Of a stretch of 64,000 bases of DNA, positions 53,389 through 63,475 are shown piece after piece. The notes beneath the pieces are model-generated. The model ran no database searches, was not told where the DNA came from, and worked only from the letters and a program-made list of their open reading frames with translations. Every line of letters starts with the position of its first letter. Within the stretch, counting starts at the first letter, position 1. Source of the stretch: Fidelibacterota bacterium. GTDB taxonomy: Bacteria; Fidelibacterota; Marinisomatia; SCGC-AAA003-L08; JACNLC01. Location of the stretch: assembly GCA_013204025.1 (NCBI GenBank), contig JABMOW010000147.1, positions 7,742-71,741 of the forward strand, read 5' to 3'. The position numbers were made by a program, and so were the translations under genes.

Positions 53389-54560
53389 TCGTCTGGGTTC
53401 TTATATTTCTGCTTCCGGCTACCGGAATAGAGATCATATTTTAAAAGTCTGCAATCGAGTCCGCCATTTCTAAGGTGGATTTTCCTGCTGGTCTTAAGTC
53501 CCACTTTTTTTGCGAGATCAAGATTTCCTGTGAAAATGAAAGCGGTATGTTCTTGGCATCGTTGTTTTAAAGTATCGCCTATACCTGCATACAGATTTGA
53601 TAATATTTCGATCTCACCGGTACGGATTCCGTAAGGAGGATTCATTATTATTACTCCTTGTTCACCGCTGGGTGTGAAATCCTCTGCCGGTTGAGTTGTC
53701 CATTGTATCAGAGATCCTATTTTAGGAACAGAACGGGCATTTTGTATTGCCATGTGAAGAACATCTTTTCGGATATCCGATCCAAATATCAATGGTTTAT
53801 TTGGTACTCTAATGGATTTAATAGCGTTACTTACAACCGTCTTCCACAGGATAGGATCGAAGTTTTTCCAGCGCATGAATCCAAAGTCTTTTCTATTCAG
53901 CCCAGGCGCGTAATTTGAAGCGATCATTGCAGCTTCGATGGGAAAGGTGCCTGATCCGCACATCGGATCATAAAATGGCATTATTCCATCCCATTCCGTT
54001 AATTTAATGATTCCGGCTGCTAATGCTTCATTCATAGAGGCTTTATGGATGACACCCTGACGATATCCTCGTTTTGATAACGGTGTATCTGAACTGTCTA
54101 AATAAATGGTGCCTCTGTTATGATGGACATGGATCAACACTCGGATATCAGGATGATCTTTATCGACGGATGGTCTGGATCCGGTGTCTTTTCTAAATCG
54201 GTCTGCGATACCGTCTTTTACTACCATCGCCGCATATTGGCTGTTTCTGAGCTCAAGATGTGTCCGGTCAACAAATGCATTGATAAAAAAGGATTGACTG
54301 ACATTCATATAAAGTTTCCAGTCAACTTGAGTGACTGCTCGGAGTAGATCAGTTTTCGTTTGGCATTCGAATTCAGAGAGTTTAAGCAAAAGTCGGATAC
54401 CCACACGACTGTGTAAATTCACATTGTAAATGGTTTTTAAATCTCCGAAAAAACGGATACCTCCCGGTAGGGACCGAGTATTTCGAATACCTAATTGTTC
54501 AAGTTCAGATTGACAGACAGATTCGAGTCCACCTCCGCATGATAGAAATAATGATTGCAT
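53385..54560 (-). CDS. THUMP-domain SAM-dependent RNA methyltransferase (RlmL-like)
   Basis: THUMP region, RGYR, DPMCGSGT and NPPYG. Confidence 0.88.
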   Translation of the reverse strand: MQSLFLSCGGGLESVCQSELEQLGIRNTRSLPGGIRFFGDLKTIYNVNLHSRVGIRLLLKLSEFECQTKTDLLRAVTQVDWKLYMNVSQSFFINAFVDRTHLELRNSQYAAMVVKDGIADRFRKDTGSRPSVDKDHPDIRVLIHVHHNRGTIYLDSSDTPLSKRGYRQGVIHKASMNEALAAGIIKLTEWDGIMPFYDPMCGSGTFPIEAAMIASNYAPGLNRKDFGFMRWKNFDPILWKTVVSNAIKSIRVPNKPLIFGSDIRKDVLHMAIQNARSVPKIGSLIQWTTQPAEDFTPSGEQGVIIMNPPYGIRTGEIEILSNLYAGIGDTLKQRCQEHTAFIFTGNLDLAKKVGLKTSRKIHLRNGGLDCRLLKYDLYSGSRKQKYKNPDD

Positions 54561-54567
54561 AACGTCA

Positions 54568-54573
54568 AATTTA
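54568..54573 (-). promoter_or_regulatory. Putative -10 box TAAATT, 7 nt before the ATG of the rlmL-like gene (leaderless)
   Basis: Minus strand reads TTTTGC-N17-TAAATT-TGACGTT-ATG; no SD. Confidence 0.45.
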
Positions 54574-54690
54574 GGGGAGTTAGGGTAACCGCAAAAACCT
54601 TCAAATGGAAGGATTATGTTTTATTTAATCCAAATATTCTCATTCTAACGATTGTCAAATATTTACACTGCTTCAAGTCGACATTTTCTG

Positions 54691-54714
54691 TAAATTTCGT
54701 GACTTAATCAGGAG
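54691..54714 (+). promoter_or_regulatory. Putative -10 box (TAAATT) and SD (AGGAG) for the yajC operon
   Basis: TAAATT at 54691-54696; AGGAG at 54710-54714, 6 nt before TTG. Confidence 0.45.
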
Positions 54715-54720
54715 TATTTT

Positions 54721-55053
54721 TTGGATATTTTATTCGCAGCGGATCAAGCTGCACCTGTAGGAAGCGGTATAGGGGCTTTTTTGCCCATCGTTTTAATGTT
54801 TGGTATTTTATATTTTTTAATATTTCGTCCACAGATGAAACAAAAAAAAGTTCACGCAAAAACACTGGTAGAATTAAAAAAGGGCGATAAGATTCTCACT
54901 CGAGGTGGTGTTTATGGTAAAATCGTCGAGGTTACCGGCAAAGGCGATAGTAGGTTGATTATTGATGTAGGTGGGAATGTTAAAATCGTCGTTGCGCGTG
55001 CATATGTTGCTGGTTTAGCAGAAACAGCTCCGGAGAATCCTGAGGACAAATAA
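54721..55053 (+). CDS. yajC: Preprotein translocase subunit YajC
   Basis: YFLIFRPQ and LKKGDKILTRGG. Confidence 0.92.
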   Translation: MDILFAADQAAPVGSGIGAFLPIVLMFGILYFLIFRPQMKQKKVHAKTLVELKKGDKILTRGGVYGKIVEVTGKGDSRLIIDVGGNVKIVVARAYVAGLAETAPENPEDK

Positions 55054-55586
55054 TGGCTCTACTCTCCATTGTTAAATACGGCGATCCCATTCTTCGGAAA
55101 AAAGTGAAACCGGTAACGGATTTTACTAATCTGGAGAAACTTGTAAATGATATGCTTGAAACCATGTCGCATGAGGATGGAATTGGTTTGGCTGCGAATC
55201 AGGTCGGGAAGGATATGAATTTGATGGTGCTGGACGTGTCTCACCTTGAAGATGAAACGGATACAGAACCCCGGATATTTGTCAATATTAAAATTGTCGA
55301 AACTGATGGCGAAATTATGATGGAAGAGGGATGTCTAAGCATCCCGGATATTCGAGCAGAAATCACTCGTCCTGAAAAAATCACCATCTCATATCAAGAT
55401 CTGAACAGAGAAATGCACACGAAACAATTCACCGGATTATCCTCGAGAGTCCTTCAACATGAATTCGATCATTTGGAGGGAAAATTCTTCACCGATTATC
55501 TGGCAATGGCCAAAAAATTGATCATTCAAAAGCGTCTTAAAGAGATATCAGAAACAGGATTTCCATCAGTTTCCGTCACTTTATAG
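55053..55586 (+). CDS. def: Peptide deformylase
   Basis: GIGLAANQ, EGCLS and QHEFDH. Confidence 0.96.
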   Translation: MALLSIVKYGDPILRKKVKPVTDFTNLEKLVNDMLETMSHEDGIGLAANQVGKDMNLMVLDVSHLEDETDTEPRIFVNIKIVETDGEIMMEEGCLSIPDIRAEITRPEKITISYQDLNREMHTKQFTGLSSRVLQHEFDHLEGKFFTDYLAMAKKLIIQKRLKEISETGFPSVSVTL

Positions 55587-55737
55587 GGTGAGTCATTTCA
55601 TCTCCATCGCGTTCAATCTACAACACCGTTTCTCTCGCGATCATATTAACCTAACTTTTAGTAAAATATTTATGATTGTTTTATTTAGAGATTTCGGTAA
55701 AAACGGATGGACTCAACCCCGTGTTTGAGGTGAGTCA
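55587..55737. repeat. 9-bp direct repeat GGTGAGTCA bracketing the def-fmt spacer
   Basis: Copies at 55587-55595 and 55729-55737; complementary GACTCA at 55710-55715. Confidence 0.7.
55588..55728 (+). CDS. Possible 46-aa Phe-rich small ORF in the def-fmt spacer
   Basis: GTG 55588 to TGA 55728: MSHFISIAFNLQHRFSRDHINLTFSKIFMIVLFRDFGKNGWTQPRV; no recognisable family. Confidence 0.25.
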   Translation: MSHFISIAFNLQHRFSRDHINLTFSKIFMIVLFRDFGKNGWTQPRV

Positions 55738-56667
55738 ATGAGAGTCGTGTTCATGGGGACACCGGATTTTGCTGTTCCCACTCTAAAAGCGATACATGCA
55801 TCACCACATCAGTTGGTAGCTGTTGTGACCATCCCTGATAGACCTTCAGGGAGAGGGTTGAAAACACATCCGTCTGAAGTGAAAGTAGCAGCGACAGAGT
55901 TGGGATATCCAATTCTTCAACCGGATTCACTTAAAACCCCTGAGCTTGCCGGTCATATCAAGGATTGTTTCCCTGATATCATTGTTGTTGTGGCGTTTCA
56001 AATTCTACCACCATCTGTGTATGAGATCCCCAAGTTTGGTGCTGTGAATGTTCATGCGTCTTTACTACCAAAATACCGTGGTGCAGCACCTATCCATCGT
56101 GCAATATTGAACGGTGAAACAGAAACGGGTGTCACGACGTTTCAGATTGTCAAAAAAGTGGATACCGGGGGCGTTCTATTACAGGAAAAAACAGCGATTG
56201 GTAATAACGAAACCTGTGGTGAATTATGGAAAAAGCTATCCGTTTTAGGTGCAGAGTTAATTATTCCAACACTTGACGGTCTGGATTCAGGCGCCTTATT
56301 AACAAGAGCGCAAGATAATTCCAATGCTACTTCAGCAAGAAAAATTGATAAATCTGAATATTCAATTCATTGGAGCCTGACATCTGAAAGAATTCATAAT
56401 CAAATCCGGGCATTTTCACCGCAACCAGGCGCTTATACTTTTTTAGGTGATCAGCGTGTTAAACTATTTGATTCTGAAATCGTTTCCGAGGTAGGATATC
56501 AGCTTGCACCCGGGAAAATTGAATCACAAAAAAACGTTTTTCACATCGGTACTGGAAATGGCGTAATTGCAATCCGGTCAATACAGATTTCGGGAAAGCA
56601 AAGAATGTCGATCAGTCAGTTCCTAAATGGATATACTGTTGAAGAAGGACAAGATTTTCATGAATAA
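55738..56667 (+). CDS. fmt: Methionyl-tRNA formyltransferase
   Basis: FMGTPDFA, NVHASLLPKYRGAAPI and DTG. Confidence 0.96.
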   Translation: MRVVFMGTPDFAVPTLKAIHASPHQLVAVVTIPDRPSGRGLKTHPSEVKVAATELGYPILQPDSLKTPELAGHIKDCFPDIIVVVAFQILPPSVYEIPKFGAVNVHASLLPKYRGAAPIHRAILNGETETGVTTFQIVKKVDTGGVLLQEKTAIGNNETCGELWKKLSVLGAELIIPTLDGLDSGALLTRAQDNSNATSARKIDKSEYSIHWSLTSERIHNQIRAFSPQPGAYTFLGDQRVKLFDSEIVSEVGYQLAPGKIESQKNVFHIGTGNGVIAIRSIQISGKQRMSISQFLNGYTVEEGQDFHE

Positions 56668-56758
56668 ATGGACTATGGAATCTCCTACAGTTTTGTTAAT
56701 AATCTGAATATCATTCGGATGAATTTCGTCATATGACAACGTAATAAAAAGATATAAG

Positions 56759-57481
56759 ATGTTAACAATAGGTAAATATTTTCTCGCAATATTGGCAATG
56801 ATCGTCTGTGCTTTGGTTCTTCTAGAGTATGCTGGCCTCCCGTTATACGTGGGTTATAACAACGAGCATTATTTGCCGGATGTAAGAGATCATTATTTAG
56901 ATAAAGCACAAATTGAATTAAATAAATTGGGGTACAGTACTGAAGTGATTGTCAAAGATTTCTCTACTGAACATGAGCCTGGCACAATCATCAGCATGTC
57001 TCCGCGGCCATTTACCAAAGTAAAAGAGGGGAGAACTATTGTCCTCACGATGGCTGGTGAACGGAAAGAGTTAACGGTTCCGAATTTTATGGGTGAATCC
57101 ATCAGAAACGCCATACTCGAAACCCAAAGACTTGGTTTGGTGATCGATACAGTGATGGAAGAATTTAATTCCAATTTCTCGAATGATATAATTTCTTATC
57201 AATCTCCAAAATCAGGAAAATTGGTAAAAAGCGGAAGTGCGATGACATTCATGGTGAGCAAAGGAGCTCCGCCGGATTTTTTCCGAGTACCCGATGTGAT
57301 CAATATCAGTCTGGCAAAGGCTCGTGAGATTATTGTAGATGCGGGCTTAAAGGTTGGAAATGTCATCTATGAGATTAATACCGACCTTGTAAATGATACG
57401 GTTATCGACCAAAGTTTAACGGCAGGTATGAAATTAGCAATCCCTGCCAGAATCGATCTGGTGGTCAGTAAGGAAAAATAA
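56759..57481 (+). CDS. Membrane-anchored PASTA-repeat protein (no kinase domain)
   Basis: N-terminal TM followed by three LPDV/VPNF/VPDV-initiated repeats. Confidence 0.85.
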   Translation: MLTIGKYFLAILAMIVCALVLLEYAGLPLYVGYNNEHYLPDVRDHYLDKAQIELNKLGYSTEVIVKDFSTEHEPGTIISMSPRPFTKVKEGRTIVLTMAGERKELTVPNFMGESIRNAILETQRLGLVIDTVMEEFNSNFSNDIISYQSPKSGKLVKSGSAMTFMVSKGAPPDFFRVPDVINISLAKAREIIVDAGLKVGNVIYEINTDLVNDTVIDQSLTAGMKLAIPARIDLVVSKEK

Positions 57482-57484
57482 TAA

Positions 57485-58135
57485 TTGAATAAGTCAAGAA
57501 TCATTTCCCCTTCATTACTATCCGCTGATTTCTCCAGACTGGAGAAGGATATCAGAGATGTAGAGCAGGCAGGTGCAACCCGTTTGCATCTGGACGTAAT
57601 GGACGGTCACTTCGTGCCGAATATCACCTTTGGTCCTTTCATCGTTAAGGCAATTCGAAAATTAACAAATTGCATTCTTGATTGTCATCTGATGATTTTG
57701 AATCCTGATAAATATATTGAAGCGTTTATTGATGCCGGAGCAAATACTGTGATTTTACATATTGAAGCACATGAGGATTTAACAACCGAATTTACAAAAA
57801 TCAGAAAATTAGGGTGTAGCGCAGGCATCTCACTCAACCCGGATACTCCGATTAAGGCAGTGGAACCCTATCTCGATTTGATCGATCATGTATTGGTGAT
57901 GTCAGTTCATCCTGGGTTCGGTGGTCAGAAATTTATTAAAAGTGCGTTACAAAAGATTGAATATCTTGCTGAAAATCGGAAAAATCGAAATTTTGTAATC
58001 TCTGTAGATGGAGGTGTAAACATTGAAACTATTGCTGATGTTTTTCAATCCGGTACGGATATCGCAGTAGTAGGTAGCGGATTATTTTCTGCTGATAACC
58101 GATCGCAGCAGTACAGAGATCTGCGAAATGCCTGA
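57485..58135 (+). CDS. rpe: Ribulose-phosphate 3-epimerase
   Basis: SPSLLSADF, HLDVMDGHFVPN, MSVHPGFGGQ and VDGG. Confidence 0.96.
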   Translation: MNKSRIISPSLLSADFSRLEKDIRDVEQAGATRLHLDVMDGHFVPNITFGPFIVKAIRKLTNCILDCHLMILNPDKYIEAFIDAGANTVILHIEAHEDLTTEFTKIRKLGCSAGISLNPDTPIKAVEPYLDLIDHVLVMSVHPGFGGQKFIKSALQKIEYLAENRKNRNFVISVDGGVNIETIADVFQSGTDIAVVGSGLFSADNRSQQYRDLRNA

Positions 58136-58706
58136 ACCGATTCCATACAAAAACGAGGTGCTACGTAAAGCGCTTCATATGCTACTTTCAATTGCTGTGT
58201 TCTCGTTAGTGATATGGGAACCCAAACCCCTTATTATTCTTTTTCTCGTACTCACAGCGATATATTTATCGATCGATATTTCTAGATTAAAATTTCAACC
58301 GGTAGGAGTGATTTACAAAAAAATATTCGGTATTTTGGTGAGGAACGAAGAATCCAGCCGATTGACTGGTGCATCATTTGCATTTGTTGGTGCATCTATC
58401 ACACTTTTACTTTTTGATACTGTCACCGCCATTTCTGCAATTTTGATAATCGGGTTAAGCGATGCCATGGCTGCAATCGTTGGGAGGAAATATGGTCATA
58501 CCCGGATTGGCAGAAAATCCCTTGAAGGATCATTTGCATTTTTTCTGGTAACTCTGTTGATACTTTACGGTTACACTGGGATGGATATATCCAAAGGATT
58601 GATTATTTCTTTTGCATGTACAATTTTGGAACTATTATTGCCGGAGTGGTTGAATGATAATTTTATGATTCCCATTGCAGCAGGATTACTTATTACCATT
58701 TTATAA
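58128..58706 (+). CDS. SEC59/DGK1/VTE5-family CTP-dependent (prenol/dolichol/phytol) kinase
   Basis: RKALH, SDAMAAIVGRKYG, KSLEGS and NDN..IP; multi-TM. Confidence 0.8.
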   Translation: MPEPIPYKNEVLRKALHMLLSIAVFSLVIWEPKPLIILFLVLTAIYLSIDISRLKFQPVGVIYKKIFGILVRNEESSRLTGASFAFVGASITLLLFDTVTAISAILIIGLSDAMAAIVGRKYGHTRIGRKSLEGSFAFFLVTLLILYGYTGMDISKGLIISFACTILELLLPEWLNDNFMIPIAAGLLITIL

Positions 58707-58718
58707 AGGAAAATCTTT

Positions 58719-60746
58719 TTGAGTTTTTTATCACCATTATTCCTGTGGTTGTTACCGCTGATCAGTATTCCGGTAATTATTCACTTTTTAAACCGTAGAA
58801 ATATTCGGATCATAGAATTTAGTACACTCCATTTTTTGAAAAAGATGGAGCATGAATCCATCAAACGACTGAAAATATTACAAATTCTATTGTTAATTAT
58901 CAGAACTCTGATGGTGTTGATGATTGTGCTTATGATTAGCCGTCCCGTGCTTTCAGGTATGTTTAACTGGATTGACGACCCCGAATCCACATTATCGGTA
59001 ATCGTATTAGACGATACTTTTTCAAATAAAGGAAGCGTAGAATTATCCACCCGAGAAACACTTCTGGAATCTGCTTTTGAACGCCTACTTAGCACAATAG
59101 ATGAAAACTCAATGATGGTGATCTCAACTATTGAGAAGGGTGTTTTATTCACAGGATTGAAGAAGGATCTGCCCGATAGATTATTGGATGAATATTCTAC
59201 CTTTTTAGGAGGAGATTTTTCTGTACTAATACAATCTATCTTGAACCAAATTAACAGGGAATATTTGAATCACGAGCTTTTCATTTTATCGGATGCTCAA
59301 CAATCCAATTTTATTCAGGGTACTTTTGACTGGGACCAGATTGCTGAATGGAACACATATTTTTATCGACTCCCGGGGTTGGACAATAATCTGGCGATTA
59401 CAGACGTGAAAGTCATTAATGAAATCCCGGTAACCAATTCTCCGGTGGATATCGCTGTTACTATTTCAAATACGGGTTTTCAATCTGCTGATAACCGCCT
59501 GTTGCAATTATCGTTCGATGAGATTAATGTAGGACAACAGGTTGTATCTCTTGAGCCAGGAGCAACTGGGACATACGCATTCCAGACGGCATTCCACCTG
59601 ACCGGACTAAAAGAAGGAATAATAGAACTAGAAGATGACGACCGGATGGAAGATAATCGGTTTTACTTCCACGTCGATCTGCTTAACAAGATGAATATCC
59701 AACTCATCAGTTCGCGATTTGATGGTGTTCTGTTTATCAGAAATGCTATTTTAGCTTTGAATCAGGATGAAGATCTGTTTCTTATTACACAAGGGACTGA
59801 ACAGGATTTACAGTTTAACCTGGATCTTCGGAACATAGATGTATTAGTCTTGCAGGGTGTGTCTGAAATCCCACCTGATATTCAGCAGAAAATACGTGAA
59901 TATGTACAAGATGGTGGTCATCTGGTTATCTCACCTGGTACAGATACTCAAAAATTACCGGATATTCAAAACCTATTAAGTGCGAATTTCCTGCAGACTG
60001 TTATTGAATTGGGCGGTGATTCTTACCAAATTTTGAATTTTAGCAGTACCAGCGCAAAGGCTTTTAGTCAAATAATTTCTAATTCTGATAAGGGAATGAT
60101 CAAAGCCTTTAAATTCATTCCACTTCCTTCGGATGAACATTCCCTCATGTTTGTAAATGATGATATCTCTGTCTGGAACCGGTACCCAATCGGTGCTGGA
60201 CTGATAGATGTATTCGGTATTTCTATGGAGCTGGGCTGGACCAATTTCCCGATCACTGGTAGTTTTATCCCATTCTGGCACAGACTATTATATTCCAATT
60301 CAGGTGGAAAATCTTTGAAAATAATCGAAACAGATGGCGCTTGGGAAATTCCCCGTGTGTATCTTCAGCAAGGACAAGTGCTCCAACATTCGTTACCGAA
60401 TGGAACTACTAATATTGTCCAACCGGGCAAAGATGGTTCGTTGGTTATCACTAAACTTGTTGAACCTGGATTCCATCGCATTTACGATAGTGGATCAGTT
60501 ATTTATGAGGCTGCAGTCAGAATACCGGAATCCGAATTGATCTCCCCCTCTTTTGATGATGATCAATTATCTGAAAAATTTTCTGGCAAGCTTCTAATCC
60601 TTCACCATCCGGAAGAAATATCCGAAGGAGTAAAAATGGCACACCTGGGTATTGAGTTATGGAAATGGCTCCTATTACTATTCATCCTTTTAATGATCAC
60701 AGAAATGTTGCTTGCGAATGTATACGGTGCCAAAAGACATCAATAG
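58719..60746 (+). CDS. BatA-N / VWA-like membrane protein
   Basis: N-terminal double TM (F..P.FLW..IP.IIH..RR..FS), degenerate MIDAS (LDDTFS, LSD), Ig/CARDB-like region and C-terminal ELWKW TM. Confidence 0.8.
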   Translation: MSFLSPLFLWLLPLISIPVIIHFLNRRNIRIIEFSTLHFLKKMEHESIKRLKILQILLLIIRTLMVLMIVLMISRPVLSGMFNWIDDPESTLSVIVLDDTFSNKGSVELSTRETLLESAFERLLSTIDENSMMVISTIEKGVLFTGLKKDLPDRLLDEYSTFLGGDFSVLIQSILNQINREYLNHELFILSDAQQSNFIQGTFDWDQIAEWNTYFYRLPGLDNNLAITDVKVINEIPVTNSPVDIAVTISNTGFQSADNRLLQLSFDEINVGQQVVSLEPGATGTYAFQTAFHLTGLKEGIIELEDDDRMEDNRFYFHVDLLNKMNIQLISSRFDGVLFIRNAILALNQDEDLFLITQGTEQDLQFNLDLRNIDVLVLQGVSEIPPDIQQKIREYVQDGGHLVISPGTDTQKLPDIQNLLSANFLQTVIELGGDSYQILNFSSTSAKAFSQIISNSDKGMIKAFKFIPLPSDEHSLMFVNDDISVWNRYPIGAGLIDVFGISMELGWTNFPITGSFIPFWHRLLYSNSGGKSLKIIETDGAWEIPRVYLQQGQVLQHSLPNGTTNIVQPGKDGSLVITKLVEPGFHRIYDSGSVIYEAAVRIPESELISPSFDDDQLSEKFSGKLLILHHPEEISEGVKMAHLGIELWKWLLLLFILLMITEMLLANVYGAKRHQ

Positions 60747-62025
60747 GGAATCCGCAGTCACCGTAGCTTTGATTCAATCAGATGATTCTATCCAAAGAGT
60801 TATGGAAGAACTGGAAGAACTACGATTACTGGCTGATACCGCCGGAGCTGAAGTTGTGGATAGTATTGTCCAACGTCGAAAAGAGGTGGATCCAGCCACA
60901 TACATCGGATCAGGGAAAGTCAAAGAAATTGTAAACCAGGCAGTGGAATTATCTTGTACTCTGATCATATTTAATGACGAGATCACCCCGACTCAACTGA
61001 AAAATATTAGAAAGATCGCTGGTGAGGATATTAAAGTACTTGATCGAACCGGTCTAATCCTTGATATTTTTGCACAGCATGCCCGAACCAAAGAAGCAAA
61101 AACGCAGGTGGAGCTGGCTCATATGCAGTATCTGCTACCCAGACTCACTCGAATGTGGACTCACCTTGAGCGTCAGATGGGTGGGGTAGGTACTCGGGGT
61201 GGACCGGGTGAAACACAGATCGAAATTGACCGCAGACTGATCATGAAACGGATCACACAATTAAAATCTGAATTGGAAAAGATTGACAAACAGCGTCAAA
61301 CCCAGTTACAAAACAGAAAAGAGGAATTCCGGGTTGCCTTGGTTGGCTATACCAATGCGGGAAAATCAACTTTGATGAAATCACTCACAGGTGCGGATGT
61401 TTACATTCGTGATCAATTATTTGCAACGTTGGATACCACAACTCGCAAAATGGAATTCCCCAAAGGGACTAAAATTCTAATCAGTGATACGGTTGGATTC
61501 ATCCACAAGCTTCCACATGATCTGGTGGCTTCTTTTAAATCAACATTAAAAGAAGCTGCGGAGGCCAATTTATTATTAAAATTAGTGGACGCTTCATCTG
61601 GACAAGTGGCTCATCATATTCAGACGATAGAAGAAGTACTCATGTCTATCCAATTAGATAAAATCGAATCCATTTTGATATTCAATAAAATTGATCAGGT
61701 TACTGATCAGACAGTTATGAAGCAGCTGAAAATAGAGTACCCCCAAGCGATATTTATTTCAGCATTGAGACAACTGAAACTAAATGAACTGGTGGATGTC
61801 ATTCAAAATATTATAGAGAAGGATTTTATCACACACACCTTTAAGATCAGATATTCCGAGACGGGTATTTTGGATAATATTTATTCCAGCATGATCGTTT
61901 TATCTAGAAATGACGACGACGATGCGATTGATTTGAAGGTGAGGGGAAAAAAGTCTGATATGAAATCTGTGAAAGATAAGTTAAAAGAAATGAGGACGGG
62001 ATTATCAGAAACCTTGGGGATCTGA
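60712..62025 (+). CDS. hflX: GTPase HflX
   Basis: YIGSGK, GPGETQIE, GYTNAGKS, DTVGF and NKID. Confidence 0.95.
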   Translation: MRMYTVPKDINRESAVTVALIQSDDSIQRVMEELEELRLLADTAGAEVVDSIVQRRKEVDPATYIGSGKVKEIVNQAVELSCTLIIFNDEITPTQLKNIRKIAGEDIKVLDRTGLILDIFAQHARTKEAKTQVELAHMQYLLPRLTRMWTHLERQMGGVGTRGGPGETQIEIDRRLIMKRITQLKSELEKIDKQRQTQLQNRKEEFRVALVGYTNAGKSTLMKSLTGADVYIRDQLFATLDTTTRKMEFPKGTKILISDTVGFIHKLPHDLVASFKSTLKEAAEANLLLKLVDASSGQVAHHIQTIEEVLMSIQLDKIESILIFNKIDQVTDQTVMKQLKIEYPQAIFISALRQLKLNELVDVIQNIIEKDFITHTFKIRYSETGILDNIYSSMIVLSRNDDDDAIDLKVRGKKSDMKSVKDKLKEMRTGLSETLGI

Positions 62026-62223
62026 TAATGTGGGAATTTGTCCTAAACTCGCAAGTGTCCAAAATCAGTTAGATAAGGCATGCTTTTGAAAAAAGTAAAT
62101 CAAAAACCCATTGTTTAGTTTTGAAAGTTCTGATAAACACCGCCCTCAATAGTTTCAAAAATCACGTCTGTAATTTACGGACTCCTTCGGAAAAAATAAA
62201 TAAAATTGGTAGTTTCAGCGGTT

Positions 62224-63468
62224 TTATTTTTCTATGATCACGTCCTTGTAAAGATCTTTTTCGCCTTCGCTTTTCGCTATTATGGCAGCGCCTATGCTAT
62301 CGCTAAATACATTCACAACTGTTCTGTACATATCCAACGGACGATCAACAGAAAGCATGGTTCCAACGATCAATGCTACCTCGGGATGATCTCCTAACCC
62401 TATTGCATTCAATACGATAAAGATCATGACCAAGCCGGCGGAGGGGATAGCTGCAGCTCCCACAGAAGCAAGAAATGCGGTGAGCACAATGGTAAATTGC
62501 ATTGTCAATGACAAATCCAAACCAATGATTTGTGAAATGAAAAGAGCACCTGCGCATTCATATAGTGCAGTACCGTCCATGTTGATTGTTGCACCTAAGG
62601 GAAGTACAAAACTGGTCACTTTATTGGAAGCGCCTACTTTATTCTCAACACAATCCATAGTTACTGGGAGTGTTGCACCTGATGAACTGGTAGAAAAAGC
62701 CATGGCCATTGCACTTATCATTGCCCGAAAATGATGAATGGGATTGATTCGAGTGAAAATATAAAAGAGTAAAGGTAGGACAATAAACAAATGTAAGGTA
62801 AGTCCGGTAGCAATGGTGACCATATACCAACCGACAGCTTTGAAGAGTTCAAACCCTGTGGTCGAAACCGCTTTGGCGATGAGGCCAAACACACCGATAG
62901 GTGCCAATTTGATGACAGCTTGCGTCAGTTTCATCATTGTTGCAAACCCATATTCAAATAAATTCTGCATAAATATTTTGGGTTTTCCGGTAAGTAATGT
63001 GATAGCGAATCCTAAAGCGATAGAGAAAAAGATAAGCGCTAGAATTTCTCCGTTTGCGGCAGCTGCAACCGGATTGGTTGGGATCATCCGAATAACGATA
63101 TCTCCCAGCGAATCAGGGGTTTTCAATTGAGAGACATCAAATGCCTGTTGGGAGGATATCAATTCCACTCCCTCTCCAGGCTTGATCAGGTTGGTGAGGC
63201 TCAACCCAATGAGGATAGCAATGAACGATGTGAGCGCATAATATCCAAACGTTTTCGCTCCCAATCGGCCAAGACTTTTCGTATCTAATCCTGCCACACC
63301 GAATGTAATTGAGGTGAAAACCAAAGGTATAATCACCATTTTAAGTAATCTCATAAAAATATCGCCGAGTGGATATACATAAGCAGTCTGTTCTTTGAAC
63401 AGGAGTGCGAATAAGATACCTACTGCCATTGCGATAAATATTTGCCAGTGTAATTTTATTTTCTTCAT
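62224..63468 (-). CDS. Dicarboxylate/amino acid:cation symporter (DAACS, GltPh-like)
   Basis: AFSTSSS, NMDGTALY and DRPLDMYRTVVN. Confidence 0.93.
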   Translation of the reverse strand: MKKIKLHWQIFIAMAVGILFALLFKEQTAYVYPLGDIFMRLLKMVIIPLVFTSITFGVAGLDTKSLGRLGAKTFGYYALTSFIAILIGLSLTNLIKPGEGVELISSQQAFDVSQLKTPDSLGDIVIRMIPTNPVAAAANGEILALIFFSIALGFAITLLTGKPKIFMQNLFEYGFATMMKLTQAVIKLAPIGVFGLIAKAVSTTGFELFKAVGWYMVTIATGLTLHLFIVLPLLFYIFTRINPIHHFRAMISAMAMAFSTSSSGATLPVTMDCVENKVGASNKVTSFVLPLGATINMDGTALYECAGALFISQIIGLDLSLTMQFTIVLTAFLASVGAAAIPSAGLVMIFIVLNAIGLGDHPEVALIVGTMLSVDRPLDMYRTVVNVFSDSIGAAIIAKSEGEKDLYKDVIIEK

Positions 63469-63475
63469 GAGGATA

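Noticed and set aside
56668-56736. 22-aa ORF (MDYGISYSFVNNLNIIRMNFVI) right after the fmt stop
   Set aside because: Too short to distinguish from chance; the region may simply be a promoter.
58128-58706. CDP-archaeol synthase (CarS) call
   Set aside because: The motifs (RK..H, D..A...G..YG, KS.EGS, DN) fit the SEC59/DGK1/VTE5 kinase family better.
62026-62223. 198-bp convergent gap between hflX and the DAACS gene as an sRNA or terminator
   Set aside because: No strong hairpin, known RNA motif or substantial ORF was visible by eye.
473-63130. Many 60-130 aa antisense or nested ORFs in the track
   Set aside because: They are shadows of conserved genes and have no motifs or independent initiation signals.
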